From IMG/VR virus record IMGVR_UViG_3300032293_001706, positions 96,001 to 160,000 of that record: a DNA stretch of 64,000 bases. The stretch is one strand, 5' to 3'. Source of the DNA: a virus. A model generated the notes under the pieces. The model had not been told where the DNA came from. It ran no database searches and was given only the letters and a program-made list of their open reading frames with translations. Positions 19,441 to 29,347 of the stretch are shown in pieces; positions within the stretch are counted from its first letter, which is position 1; each line of letters begins with the position of its first letter. A program made the position numbers and the translations under genes.

Positions 19441-22400
19441 ATGGCAAAATCTTATAGATTAAAAACATCATTAAATTCACAAGGATTAACAGACCAAACG
19501 TTAAGAGTTAAAATTGACCAAGATTTTGATTTCTTGGAGATTTTATCTTTGAAACTAACACAAACAGATGTATATAAAAGGTTCTGTTCTGATTATGGTG
19601 TTATTGCGGGAAGAGTAGTTGCAAACGGAGGATTTGGTATACCAAATGCTAAAGTTTCTGTGTTTATTCCTATTGATGATGTTGACTTAAACAATCCTGT
19701 TATATCAACATTATATCCTTATCAAGCTCCAACAGATAAAAATGAAGATGGGTATAGATATAATTTATTACCATATGAACCATCATATGAAGGACACGTA
19801 CCAACAGGAACTTTTCCATCAAAAAATGATGTCCTAACAAGAAAAGAAGTTCTTGAAATTTATGAAAAATATTATAAATACACCGTAAGAACAAATGAGT
19901 CGGGTGATTATATGATTGTTGGTGTTCCATTGGGGGACCAAAAAATAGTTCTTGATGTCGATTTATCAGATATGGGTTGTTTTTCTTTAAGACCAACCGA
20001 TTTAATAAGAATGAATCGTGGTAATAGACAACAGTTTGACGGTAATAATTTTAGAAGTTCTGAAGACCTTAATAGTCTACCACAAATTGTAAATGTGGTG
20101 AGAGCGGTAAATATTGGTTCATTTTGGGGTGAATCCGATGAATGTAATATAGGTATAACAAGAGTTGATTTTGATTTACGAGACCAAGGTATTAATATAG
20201 AACCGACAGCGGTTTTTATGGGTTCGATATTTTCATCAAATGATGAAGACTACTTAAAAAATAATTGTAAACCAAAAGCAGAACAAGGTGATTTATGTGG
20301 TTTAGTTACAGGACCAGGAACCTTATTAGCTGTTAGACAAAGTGTGAATTTGGACCAATTTGGTAGACCAATTCTTGAACAATATCCATTACCATCAGGT
20401 GGAAAAGTAATTGACGAAAATGGGGCATTTGTCCTTGATTTACCAATGAATTTGGATTATTTAATCACCGATGAATATGGAAATTTGGTTGTTTCACAGG
20501 ACCCAAAAGTAGGTATACCATCAAAGGCGAAATATAGATTTAAAGTAAAATATAATAGTAGTGTAAGAGACATTGCGACACTATCAAATCCAACACAAAT
20601 TATTAATCCTAATTTATTAAATTTGGGGGCGTTAGCACCTAGAGGTTCGGTATTAAGAGGTAATTATTTAATACCTAATATTAAAGAATACGGTTGGGTT
20701 AATGATGTTGACCCTGTAACAAAAGAAGGTGTAAAAAGAACAATAACATTAGAATTTTCAAGTAGTCAAATTGAAGAAATAAAAACATTTGTTACACCAT
20801 CAAATACCGCATATCGTGTTGATTATATATCAGGAGCAACAGGAGTACAATTTAGAGTTGATAATGTTTTAGATAACTCTAAATGGTTGGAAACTAAAAA
20901 TGGTGGAACAATAAGTATAACAACAATTAAAAAAACCAATATTGAAAACGTTGGTGGTGTTAATGTTGAAGTCCCTGAAAAAGTTAAATTGGTATTAAAT
21001 GAATACGATTATGATTATGTCCAATTTCAAAAATCATATTCATTCAGTTTAGATTGGGACGATTATCCAAATTATGAAGATGCTGTAAATTGTAATGATA
21101 CTTTTTATGAATTTAAATATAATAAAGTTTACACGGTTTCACAATTAATAGATGAATATAGGAAAGGAACAAATAGAGCAAGATTCCTTTCAATTAAAGA
21201 AGTCCTGCAAAGAAATTGTCAATCAGAAACAAATAAGTTCCCTGTTAATGACGGAGTTAGAAACTTTGATTTGTTATATTTTATTATTTCAACTCTTTTC
21301 AATATTTTAAGTATTACATTCACAGTTTTAATTCCTGTATATAGTTTAGTTAAATTTTTGTGGAATAGATTTGCGGTAATTCTTGCCGCTTTCTTTATTG
21401 CGTATACCGTATATAGGGTAGCATCTTCGGCAATTGTAATTGCTGGTTATATCAATGCTGGCGGACCTGTACTTGGAGGTATTCTTAGGGAGGCAGGGGA
21501 ATTATTACTTTGGGGAGGTTTAGGGGCCGTAATAACAACATTCTTTAAAAGAATTACAAAATTAAATTTACCACCTTTAAGACTACCAATGTTAACTTAT
21601 CCTGATTGTTCATCATGTGATTGTGGTGAATTTGATGTTTCTGAAGGGCCTGGAGACAATGAATTTAATACAAGTCCTTTGGCAGATATTAACATACCGT
21701 CAACGTTTAAGCCGTATCAAAACGACCCTGACGTTGTTCAAAACTTAATAAATCAAGGATATGGACAAGTAGTTGCAGGACGTGATGATAAAGATGACGA
21801 TAGTGATGTTAGTGAGGCGAGAACACCAAGATATAAATTGTTGGATAGTGAATATTGGAGCTCAACAGAAGTTAATCCTTTAAATTCAGGTACTTGTGGA
21901 GCAAGTGGTTTTAATAGTTTAACAATACCCGAAAGAATTAATTTATATAATACAAAAGGACATTATTTTAATACTCAACCTGGAGGAGGTTCAAATAGGA
22001 TTAAAGTTTATCCAAACTATACTATTAATAAGAGTACTGATGCATATTACGAGGACCAACCCTTGGTTGTCATTATGGACCCAAATTTTCTACTAAACTA
22101 TAGTGCAGGAACAATCTTATCATTTGCATCTGCGGGAAGTACAAAAGATAGTAATATTACAGGTACAACACAAAATAAAAATGGGTTAGGAAGTTATAAT
22201 GTTACGGGTACAACACCAAATAATGACTCAATCTCAATCACAGTAACATATGCAAATCCAAACAACGATAATTCAAGTATTACAAAAACATTTATTGTTA
22301 ATAATGGATATACAGGATTAACAACCTATAGTTATCCTGCAGATATTGAATACTATCAAGTTGTTACTGGCTATACTTTAAATGACTTAGATACTGTTGT

Positions 22401-24696
22401 TCAAAACAACACAAAAGATAATTCATTTTATGATAATAGTTTTTATAACAGAATTATTAGAGGACAAATGAATATTGGTTGGGGATTTAGAGATGAGGAT
22501 AATGATAGGTATATCGATTACAGTACTTGTGAAGGAATTAGTTATGTAATGGATAGAATACCTGATGATATTAGAAAAGAGTTATCGGTTGTTGTATTAA
22601 TGAAAGGTGTTGACCCGTATTCTACAAGACAAAAGACAAAAGTAGATGTATCAAGAATTTTTGGTTTACAAGAAGGTAGTTTAATGGCTGACTCAAGGTA
22701 CAAACTTAACATACCAATACAATCAGGTCTTAATCTTGATAACTACTCAAATTACACAACAAACCAAAATACAAACTTGTTTTATCCTTCTTATTATTTT
22801 ACACCATCTGTTCAAACAACAGAAAAAGAATGGAGATATTCATCATTTACAACAAACAATCATTTATTATACAGTTCTTTTGATACTTCTAACGTGGGTA
22901 ATAGTTCCACATCAAATAATATTGTAAATAATTCGTCCGATGGATACTTTAATAATGAATACATCCAAGGTGGAAGTTTGATGGTAAGAACAACCAAAAA
23001 ACAAACAATCCTACCAAAAAGAAACGGAAGCGGTGGAGTTGAAAGAGAAATTGGTAACTATCAATTTTATAGGAGCGTTTATAATTATACCGCAACAACA
23101 ATGTCATTAACATCCAATTTAAATATTGTGATGAGAAGTGATAGGTTACCTCGTTCAGACAATTTTGATAACAACTTTGTTTTGGCTCAAAATAAATCAT
23201 TTGCTATTTATGTTGTACCTGAAACAGGATTTGTTAATATACCAATAGGTTCAATATCTAATATTAATGATTTTAGTACCGATAATTCAATAGATTTTGA
23301 AGAAGCCTACGGGGAAGAAACAACAAGTGCGTTAAGTACGTTTAGCTGTAATAAGATGGTTCCAATCGGTGCTTATAAACAAAACGATAATGGAACTTTA
23401 GAATTATTACCAGAAACAGATGATGTTTATTGGATAACTGATAGTCGTAAAAACAAAAGAGTTGTTAATGGTTGTTATCAGTTCTGTGCAGAAGATTTAA
23501 CATTCGGTGCTGACTTAAAAAATCTTGCAGAATGGAAATCGAGGTTTTTACTTGGGTTTGCAATTTGTAGGAATGTCTTTGGATTAACATTTACAAACCA
23601 ATGGATAAATGGTTCACTATATATGCCAGGATTCCAAAATGATAAAATTTATTCAGGACCGTTAAATGTTTCAAACCCAACGTACAAATATTGTAAAGAT
23701 AAAATTGTTTTTAGAATTGAAAACAATAGTTTCTTTTATCGTTCATCACCATATAATTCCTCGATTGGTTTTGTTGGAATGCCGGCGGATACAAATGAAA
23801 GTGAAAAGGGGAACAAATATTATTTGGGTAATCCAACAACAGTTGTTGATTTAGGACCAAAAGATAATATTATAAAAAACATTTGTACTCAACCTGAATT
23901 TCAGGGGTATGTAGCAGGTAAATTACCAGCAACATCATATAACTCAGTTTCAGATTTATTACAATTGTTTACAATGAGTAGATTATCAAATTCATCTTGG
24001 TTGGGTAAACTTTTAGGTGTTGGAGGAAATGCTTCAGTACAAGGACTTTTCTCAAGAAGAGGTGATAAAATAGATGGTGATTTTGCTCAATTGATAAGTA
24101 TAAATTCAGAGTTTGGTGTTGTACCATTTACACCTGAAGGATATTCGAGCCAAAGTACATTTTTTAATGTTTCTAAAAAACCAATTGTTGGTGTTTTCTT
24201 CACAGGTGACACGGCAGATAGAGATTATGTATCACCAGGAAGAGAGATATTTATTGATACCACAACAAAGGTAGGTGTAAATAACTTTGGAAAAAAATCA
24301 CAAATTGTTCCAATGTATCAATGGAGTTTAGATTTAAGTCCACAGAAAGATTCTAAACCTTTATTATTTGGGTCTGACCAAAATGATTGGTTTACTGATA
24401 GGGAAAGCGGTAAGTTTTATGAGATAAAATATCAGGGTATTGATAGGTTAAATGGTAATACATATTTCGCAAGTCCAATATCAAAACCAACAACTCAAAG
24501 ACCTGGTTATATATATGCATCAAAACCATCAGTTGATTCAAATAATAATATAACAGGATTTACATATGATGGGTTTTATAATCCATCTGCTGATTCAACC
24601 TTCTTAGTTGGTGCTCCAAATCATTTTTATTTTGGTTTGAAAATAGGAAAAACCGCTCTCGATAAATTTATCCAAGATTATGCAATTGAAATATAA
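19441..24696 (+). CDS. Large virion structural protein (1751 aa) with internal hydrophobic segment
   Basis: Follows gp6-like gene. GVIAGRVVANGGFGIPNAKVS and RTNESGDY resemble a carboxypeptidase-regulatory-like beta-sandwich. Cys-spaced segments and a long hydrophobic region are present. Confidence 0.6.
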   Translation: MAKSYRLKTSLNSQGLTDQTLRVKIDQDFDFLEILSLKLTQTDVYKRFCSDYGVIAGRVVANGGFGIPNAKVSVFIPIDDVDLNNPVISTLYPYQAPTDKNEDGYRYNLLPYEPSYEGHVPTGTFPSKNDVLTRKEVLEIYEKYYKYTVRTNESGDYMIVGVPLGDQKIVLDVDLSDMGCFSLRPTDLIRMNRGNRQQFDGNNFRSSEDLNSLPQIVNVVRAVNIGSFWGESDECNIGITRVDFDLRDQGINIEPTAVFMGSIFSSNDEDYLKNNCKPKAEQGDLCGLVTGPGTLLAVRQSVNLDQFGRPILEQYPLPSGGKVIDENGAFVLDLPMNLDYLITDEYGNLVVSQDPKVGIPSKAKYRFKVKYNSSVRDIATLSNPTQIINPNLLNLGALAPRGSVLRGNYLIPNIKEYGWVNDVDPVTKEGVKRTITLEFSSSQIEEIKTFVTPSNTAYRVDYISGATGVQFRVDNVLDNSKWLETKNGGTISITTIKKTNIENVGGVNVEVPEKVKLVLNEYDYDYVQFQKSYSFSLDWDDYPNYEDAVNCNDTFYEFKYNKVYTVSQLIDEYRKGTNRARFLSIKEVLQRNCQSETNKFPVNDGVRNFDLLYFIISTLFNILSITFTVLIPVYSLVKFLWNRFAVILAAFFIAYTVYRVASSAIVIAGYINAGGPVLGGILREAGELLLWGGLGAVITTFFKRITKLNLPPLRLPMLTYPDCSSCDCGEFDVSEGPGDNEFNTSPLADINIPSTFKPYQNDPDVVQNLINQGYGQVVAGRDDKDDDSDVSEARTPRYKLLDSEYWSSTEVNPLNSGTCGASGFNSLTIPERINLYNTKGHYFNTQPGGGSNRIKVYPNYTINKSTDAYYEDQPLVVIMDPNFLLNYSAGTILSFASAGSTKDSNITGTTQNKNGLGSYNVTGTTPNNDSISITVTYANPNNDNSSITKTFIVNNGYTGLTTYSYPADIEYYQVVTGYTLNDLDTVVQNNTKDNSFYDNSFYNRIIRGQMNIGWGFRDEDNDRYIDYSTCEGISYVMDRIPDDIRKELSVVVLMKGVDPYSTRQKTKVDVSRIFGLQEGSLMADSRYKLNIPIQSGLNLDNYSNYTTNQNTNLFYPSYYFTPSVQTTEKEWRYSSFTTNNHLLYSSFDTSNVGNSSTSNNIVNNSSDGYFNNEYIQGGSLMVRTTKKQTILPKRNGSGGVEREIGNYQFYRSVYNYTATTMSLTSNLNIVMRSDRLPRSDNFDNNFVLAQNKSFAIYVVPETGFVNIPIGSISNINDFSTDNSIDFEEAYGEETTSALSTFSCNKMVPIGAYKQNDNGTLELLPETDDVYWITDSRKNKRVVNGCYQFCAEDLTFGADLKNLAEWKSRFLLGFAICRNVFGLTFTNQWINGSLYMPGFQNDKIYSGPLNVSNPTYKYCKDKIVFRIENNSFFYRSSPYNSSIGFVGMPADTNESEKGNKYYLGNPTTVVDLGPKDNIIKNICTQPEFQGYVAGKLPATSYNSVSDLLQLFTMSRLSNSSWLGKLLGVGGNASVQGLFSRRGDKIDGDFAQLISINSEFGVVPFTPEGYSSQSTFFNVSKKPIVGVFFTGDTADRDYVSPGREIFIDTTTKVGVNNFGKKSQIVPMYQWSLDLSPQKDSKPLLFGSDQNDWFTDRESGKFYEIKYQGIDRLNGNTYFASPISKPTTQRPGYIYASKPSVDSNNNITGFTYDGFYNPSADSTFLVGAPNHFYFGLKIGKTALDKFIQDYAIEI

Positions 24697-26465
24697 TGAG
24701 TAAAGTTAATAACGATAAATTAATAGTATTACCTAGATTAGAATATAAATTATCTACAGATAGATTATTGTCCATTCCAATAACTTTGGATGGTAATAGA
24801 AAAGAGTTAATTGATTCTAATCGAGTTAGAAATGTTGACGCATATCAACAATCGGTTGTCGAAAGAAACGAATCACAAACTTATCGAATTTGTGGTAAAA
24901 TAACAGAACTTTTTTCAAATACATTACAAGGAACAACAAATTATGAGAATTTTAAGAACTATATGTATTTAACAAATCCGATTGATGTTCTAACAAACAA
25001 TAATGTTTTATTTGATAATAATGGACAAAGAGTTGTGGATACTTTTGGTGTAAAATGGGATGGTTATCCACAATATCACGAATTTAGTTTTATTAGGAAT
25101 GATATTGACAACCCTCAAATTGATTTCCAACCTAAAAGTTCTTCAACATATAATTGGTCCTACTATTTAAGTTATGTTTATTCTGCTAGTACAACTCAGA
25201 AAATGAGTTATGTGAATAAACAATTAAATGGTAATCCTGTAAATTTTATTGCATCTGATGGAATACCTTTTACCATCGTTAATACAGTATCAAATGGAAC
25301 TAACTATATTACATTCAGGTGTGCTGGAAAACATAATTTAACACCCGCTCAATATGTTGAATTATCTATAGATTATGATGGAAATAATTTATTTCAGGTC
25401 GATGTTATTGGGGAAGCAGGGTACGATAATGAAGACACAAGTTTCTCAATTACCAATTACGGATATACGGGTAGTACATTTGCAAATGGTGTATCAGGGA
25501 CTTTTAAAAGAATTACAGACATTGCAAATTCTGCTGAAACAAAATCACAATATTATGTGAGGTTACATAAATTATTAACTGATGACACAGGTATTGTTGT
25601 TAATAAGTTAGCCTTTGAATATAATCCGTTTTTAAAGAAAGAAAAATTGGAATATTCTGCTCTAACACCTAATTTAACACAAAGAGTTTCGTTATTGGAA
25701 GGTTCACAATCCTATGGTTTCACCGTAGTAAAAGATTTTGATGTTACAAATTTAAAGACAAACTTTAATAAACCTGTAACTAGTCTATTTTTAACAATCG
25801 TAAATAAAGGATATTCAGGGTGGTTCAATAAACCAAATCTAAATACAAACACGGCAATTCAGTACGGATGGAATTTAAATTTTCAAGGTGAAAATATTGA
25901 TGATTGGTGGTCCGTTAATAATATAGATAGTTTTGAAAATATACCTGTAAACTCATATTCTCGTACAACTGATAGTGGTACGTATGTTTTTTATTATAAT
26001 TCTTCCTTAAATACTGGGGATACAATATTTGGGGATTTCTGTGAGTATAACCAAAGTGAACAGTTAGAATTTATTGTATCTGAATGTAATCACAAATTAA
26101 CTTTTAATGATACTTTGTATCAGATAGAGTCACAAAATAACGCAATCCCTGAAGGATATTTTTATCAACCACATTATGAAATACCATTAAAAGTATATTC
26201 AAATGAAATAAGTGTGGCTTTTGATGACCAAACAACTATTATACCTAATTGGGCGTATTTTTCTCAATCTGATAATTTATGGAAATGGAGAAATATTTTA
26301 GAACCAGGTGAAATAGAAGATGATATAAATGGTCTTAATTATCCATTTTTAAATGGTGCTCATTATCCATTTACACAATTTACATTTAGATTAACAACAC
26401 CATTTAGGAATACAAATATAACCGTACCGGTATTAATTGACCCAATTTCTGACGACTGTGAATAA
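24696..26465 (+). CDS. Putative baseplate/tail structural protein, 589 aa
   Basis: TAATG-coupled in the structural operon; aromatic and Asn/Thr-rich composition. Confidence 0.55.
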   Translation: MSKVNNDKLIVLPRLEYKLSTDRLLSIPITLDGNRKELIDSNRVRNVDAYQQSVVERNESQTYRICGKITELFSNTLQGTTNYENFKNYMYLTNPIDVLTNNNVLFDNNGQRVVDTFGVKWDGYPQYHEFSFIRNDIDNPQIDFQPKSSSTYNWSYYLSYVYSASTTQKMSYVNKQLNGNPVNFIASDGIPFTIVNTVSNGTNYITFRCAGKHNLTPAQYVELSIDYDGNNLFQVDVIGEAGYDNEDTSFSITNYGYTGSTFANGVSGTFKRITDIANSAETKSQYYVRLHKLLTDDTGIVVNKLAFEYNPFLKKEKLEYSALTPNLTQRVSLLEGSQSYGFTVVKDFDVTNLKTNFNKPVTSLFLTIVNKGYSGWFNKPNLNTNTAIQYGWNLNFQGENIDDWWSVNNIDSFENIPVNSYSRTTDSGTYVFYYNSSLNTGDTIFGDFCEYNQSEQLEFIVSECNHKLTFNDTLYQIESQNNAIPEGYFYQPHYEIPLKVYSNEISVAFDDQTTIIPNWAYFSQSDNLWKWRNILEPGEIEDDINGLNYPFLNGAHYPFTQFTFRLTTPFRNTNITVPVLIDPISDDCE

Positions 26466-27288
26466 TTATAGATTTAGATTAGAACAACAAGATAAAGGTA
26501 TTGAAATTCCAATTACAGTTAGTTGGGATGTTAATGGAATAAATGAAAGTATTGATTTATACGAAGATGAGGTTATCAGACAAGTAATTAATCCAATTGA
26601 TAATTTCGAAACAACAAGATATTCACATAATCCTTGGAACGAATCGATAACAAATAAAACACAAACATCTACAAACTATGAGTTTTATTTTTATAGTGCA
26701 ACCACAAATGCGGATATTGTTAATGAAACAACTAACGTAAATTGGGTAACAGATTATAGAGCAAATAACATTTCAACAATTGATATTTTATTCCAAAAAG
26801 AGGTTTTTAAAAAATCATTTTTTAAGTTAGATTTTTATGATACTAAAAATACAAGTAATCAACAAATATATCTAACAATTATTATACCCACAAGACAAGG
26901 TAAAACAATGATTGTACCTTATGGTGTAAGTAATGTTGAAATAAAAAAACCTGTATATGAATTGGATTTCTTGGGAGATAAAGAAGGGTATTTTATTTAT
27001 TGGTTAAAGGATACTCAATTTGTTAATTTATCTACTCTATATATGAGTGCAAAGTTCTATGATGCAAATATAGGACAATTCAAGAGAATGATGACAGAAC
27101 CACAAGGGTCAATGAGTAACAAGTTTAATTTTAATAACGAAGATTATTTTTATTATACACTTAATTTAAATTATGATAATTATACATATGAGGTTTATCT
27201 AACAAATCCAACAGTAATAGATAAAAGAGTTGGGACAAAAGATAATCCAATAAAATGGTTTGAATACGTAAATCCACCACAAAAATAA
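26437..27288 (+). CDS. Putative structural protein (probable GTG start at 26458)
   Basis: Operon position and composition. Confidence 0.55.
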   Translation: MTQFLTTVNNYRFRLEQQDKGIEIPITVSWDVNGINESIDLYEDEVIRQVINPIDNFETTRYSHNPWNESITNKTQTSTNYEFYFYSATTNADIVNETTNVNWVTDYRANNISTIDILFQKEVFKKSFFKLDFYDTKNTSNQQIYLTIIIPTRQGKTMIVPYGVSNVEIKKPVYELDFLGDKEGYFIYWLKDTQFVNLSTLYMSAKFYDANIGQFKRMMTEPQGSMSNKFNFNNEDYFYYTLNLNYDNYTYEVYLTNPTVIDKRVGTKDNPIKWFEYVNPPQK

Positions 27289-27293
27289 TATAA

Positions 27294-28436
27294 ATGAATA
27301 CAGATATTTTCAAAGTTTCAATATCCCAAGAATTTTTACAATCTGCCAAAGTTAATTTGGAGGTGAGTGGAAAAACGGTTCCGATGTATACTGGTATGAC
27401 TTATCTGTTAACAGGTGGTACAAATGGTACGTCACTTTTAACAGGACTAACAATCCCTGTAATGTTTCAACAATCCTATAAAGACATTGGATATTATTCA
27501 GGGTTTGACGGTGCGATATATCAAAAAGATATTAATAACAATTTTATTTATAGTGGGACTACAGGTTCACCACAAAATTACAATTTGTATCTATTTAATA
27601 CATCTCAAGAATATGCTCAAGATATTGTATATACAGTAGATTGGGGTGATGGGTCACCTTTTGAAGTTATTAAAACAAAGGCGCCTGATTATACAGTACA
27701 CACATATCCGTTCAATCCAAATATTGGAGAATTAAAAACATATTCAGTATCAATGAGTGGTTCAGGTCCTTGGGGTATAACAGTAACCAAAAAAAATATA
27801 ACAATTCCTTATACTCAATTAGGAGTACCAAATGAAGAGGGAGAATCATTTTTTATACCTATGGGAACATATTGGTCAGGAACACCAATATCATATAAGT
27901 GGATATTTACAGGTGATAGTTACAATAACTATCCTGCTCAGGTAAGTTCATCATATCCTAATTTTAAGAAAACACCTTTTTTTGTTACAGGATTTACAAA
28001 TTCACAATTAAACCAATTAAGACTTTATGGACCAAAACCATATGTTGAAGGTGTTCCTGTAATAAAACAAGGAAAAATCGTTGGGTTGGTAAATAGAATC
28101 GCACCTAATTATACGGCATATACATATAATGACCAACTTTATTATGATTATCCTGAAGGGTATACATTATTCATTACAGGATATTCAGACCCAACAAATC
28201 CTGATAAAATAGTACCAATTACATCAGGATTAACACAAGAAATGATAACATTAATACCAATTGTAAAAGAAGAAATATTATTAGGTATGGTAAGTGATAC
28301 AGAAATACAATCAAATGTATTTATAGATAGAGGAAAATTATCGGTAACCGAAAGTCTGTTAAGACTTGGAGAAGTTGATAGTATGAATGACCTCATAAAT
28401 TATGGATATGGATACTTTAAAATAACGGAAATCTAA
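27294..28436 (+). CDS. Putative structural protein with PKD-like motif
   Basis: YTVDWGDGSP..HTY is PKD-like; operon position. Confidence 0.55.
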   Translation: MNTDIFKVSISQEFLQSAKVNLEVSGKTVPMYTGMTYLLTGGTNGTSLLTGLTIPVMFQQSYKDIGYYSGFDGAIYQKDINNNFIYSGTTGSPQNYNLYLFNTSQEYAQDIVYTVDWGDGSPFEVIKTKAPDYTVHTYPFNPNIGELKTYSVSMSGSGPWGITVTKKNITIPYTQLGVPNEEGESFFIPMGTYWSGTPISYKWIFTGDSYNNYPAQVSSSYPNFKKTPFFVTGFTNSQLNQLRLYGPKPYVEGVPVIKQGKIVGLVNRIAPNYTAYTYNDQLYYDYPEGYTLFITGYSDPTNPDKIVPITSGLTQEMITLIPIVKEEILLGMVSDTEIQSNVFIDRGKLSVTESLLRLGEVDSMNDLINYGYGYFKITEI

Positions 28437-29347
28437 TGGCTTTAGGAACCTATGGGATAACAAGACCTGCTGACATGTCACCTGAAGATGTGGAAATCAT
28501 AATGATTTATACACCTTCAAGAGATTATACTGCAACTCCTGTTATCAAGAAATTAAACGCAGCACAAATACTAACACCTTACTTTAACAACTCTAGTACG
28601 GGTGGAGGAGCAAATGAAATTCTGGGGGGTATGTATAATTTAAGACTACCTTCAAATGAATTTAATAATATTGGAATCTATTCATTAATGATTAGGCCCG
28701 CAGAAATCAGAACAACATTAACTGATTGTGGTGTATTGGCATCACTTCCTTCTGTTAAAGGTTTAATTGTTGATTTAAATAATGTTCCTGTAACATTCAG
28801 GTCAAGATTTATATCTCAAGGACTTGTTGGATATAGAGTTGAATATTTAAATAGTGACGGTACAAAAATACCTAATTTTTACAGAGTTATCACATCATCA
28901 TTTTATGTGGATACTGTTAACACTCAACCAACAGGTGCTAATGTGAATAGTGTAAGATATAGGTACATTGATTCACCAGCAGCAAGAAATTTGGTTTTTA
29001 TGACAGTGACACCATCAAGTTCACCATCTAATAATCCTGCAGCAATACCATATATAGGTCAGCCTGGTCAACAAGTTATTCTAACAAATACATTCTTTAA
29101 TCCGTTTATGATAGAAATTGAAATGGCGGAATATGACCTAAATTCAGTTGCTATTGCTCTTTATGGTAATCAGGTTAAGGCGGTTGAACCTGGATTATAT
29201 ACCATTTATGATTCACAAAGTAGAATCTATAAACAATATAACCTATTTGAAATCAGAAGCGACTTTAATGATACATTATATGAAGTTCGTCAAGATAGGG
29301 GTAATAATATCGATACAAGTCAAAGTTTTGATAATATAGTTCAATAA
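28436..29347 (+). CDS. Putative baseplate structural protein, 303 aa
   Basis: TAATG-coupled on both sides. Confidence 0.55.
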   Translation: MALGTYGITRPADMSPEDVEIIMIYTPSRDYTATPVIKKLNAAQILTPYFNNSSTGGGANEILGGMYNLRLPSNEFNNIGIYSLMIRPAEIRTTLTDCGVLASLPSVKGLIVDLNNVPVTFRSRFISQGLVGYRVEYLNSDGTKIPNFYRVITSSFYVDTVNTQPTGANVNSVRYRYIDSPAARNLVFMTVTPSSSPSNNPAAIPYIGQPGQQVILTNTFFNPFMIEIEMAEYDLNSVAIALYGNQVKAVEPGLYTIYDSQSRIYKQYNLFEIRSDFNDTLYEVRQDRGNNIDTSQSFDNIVQ

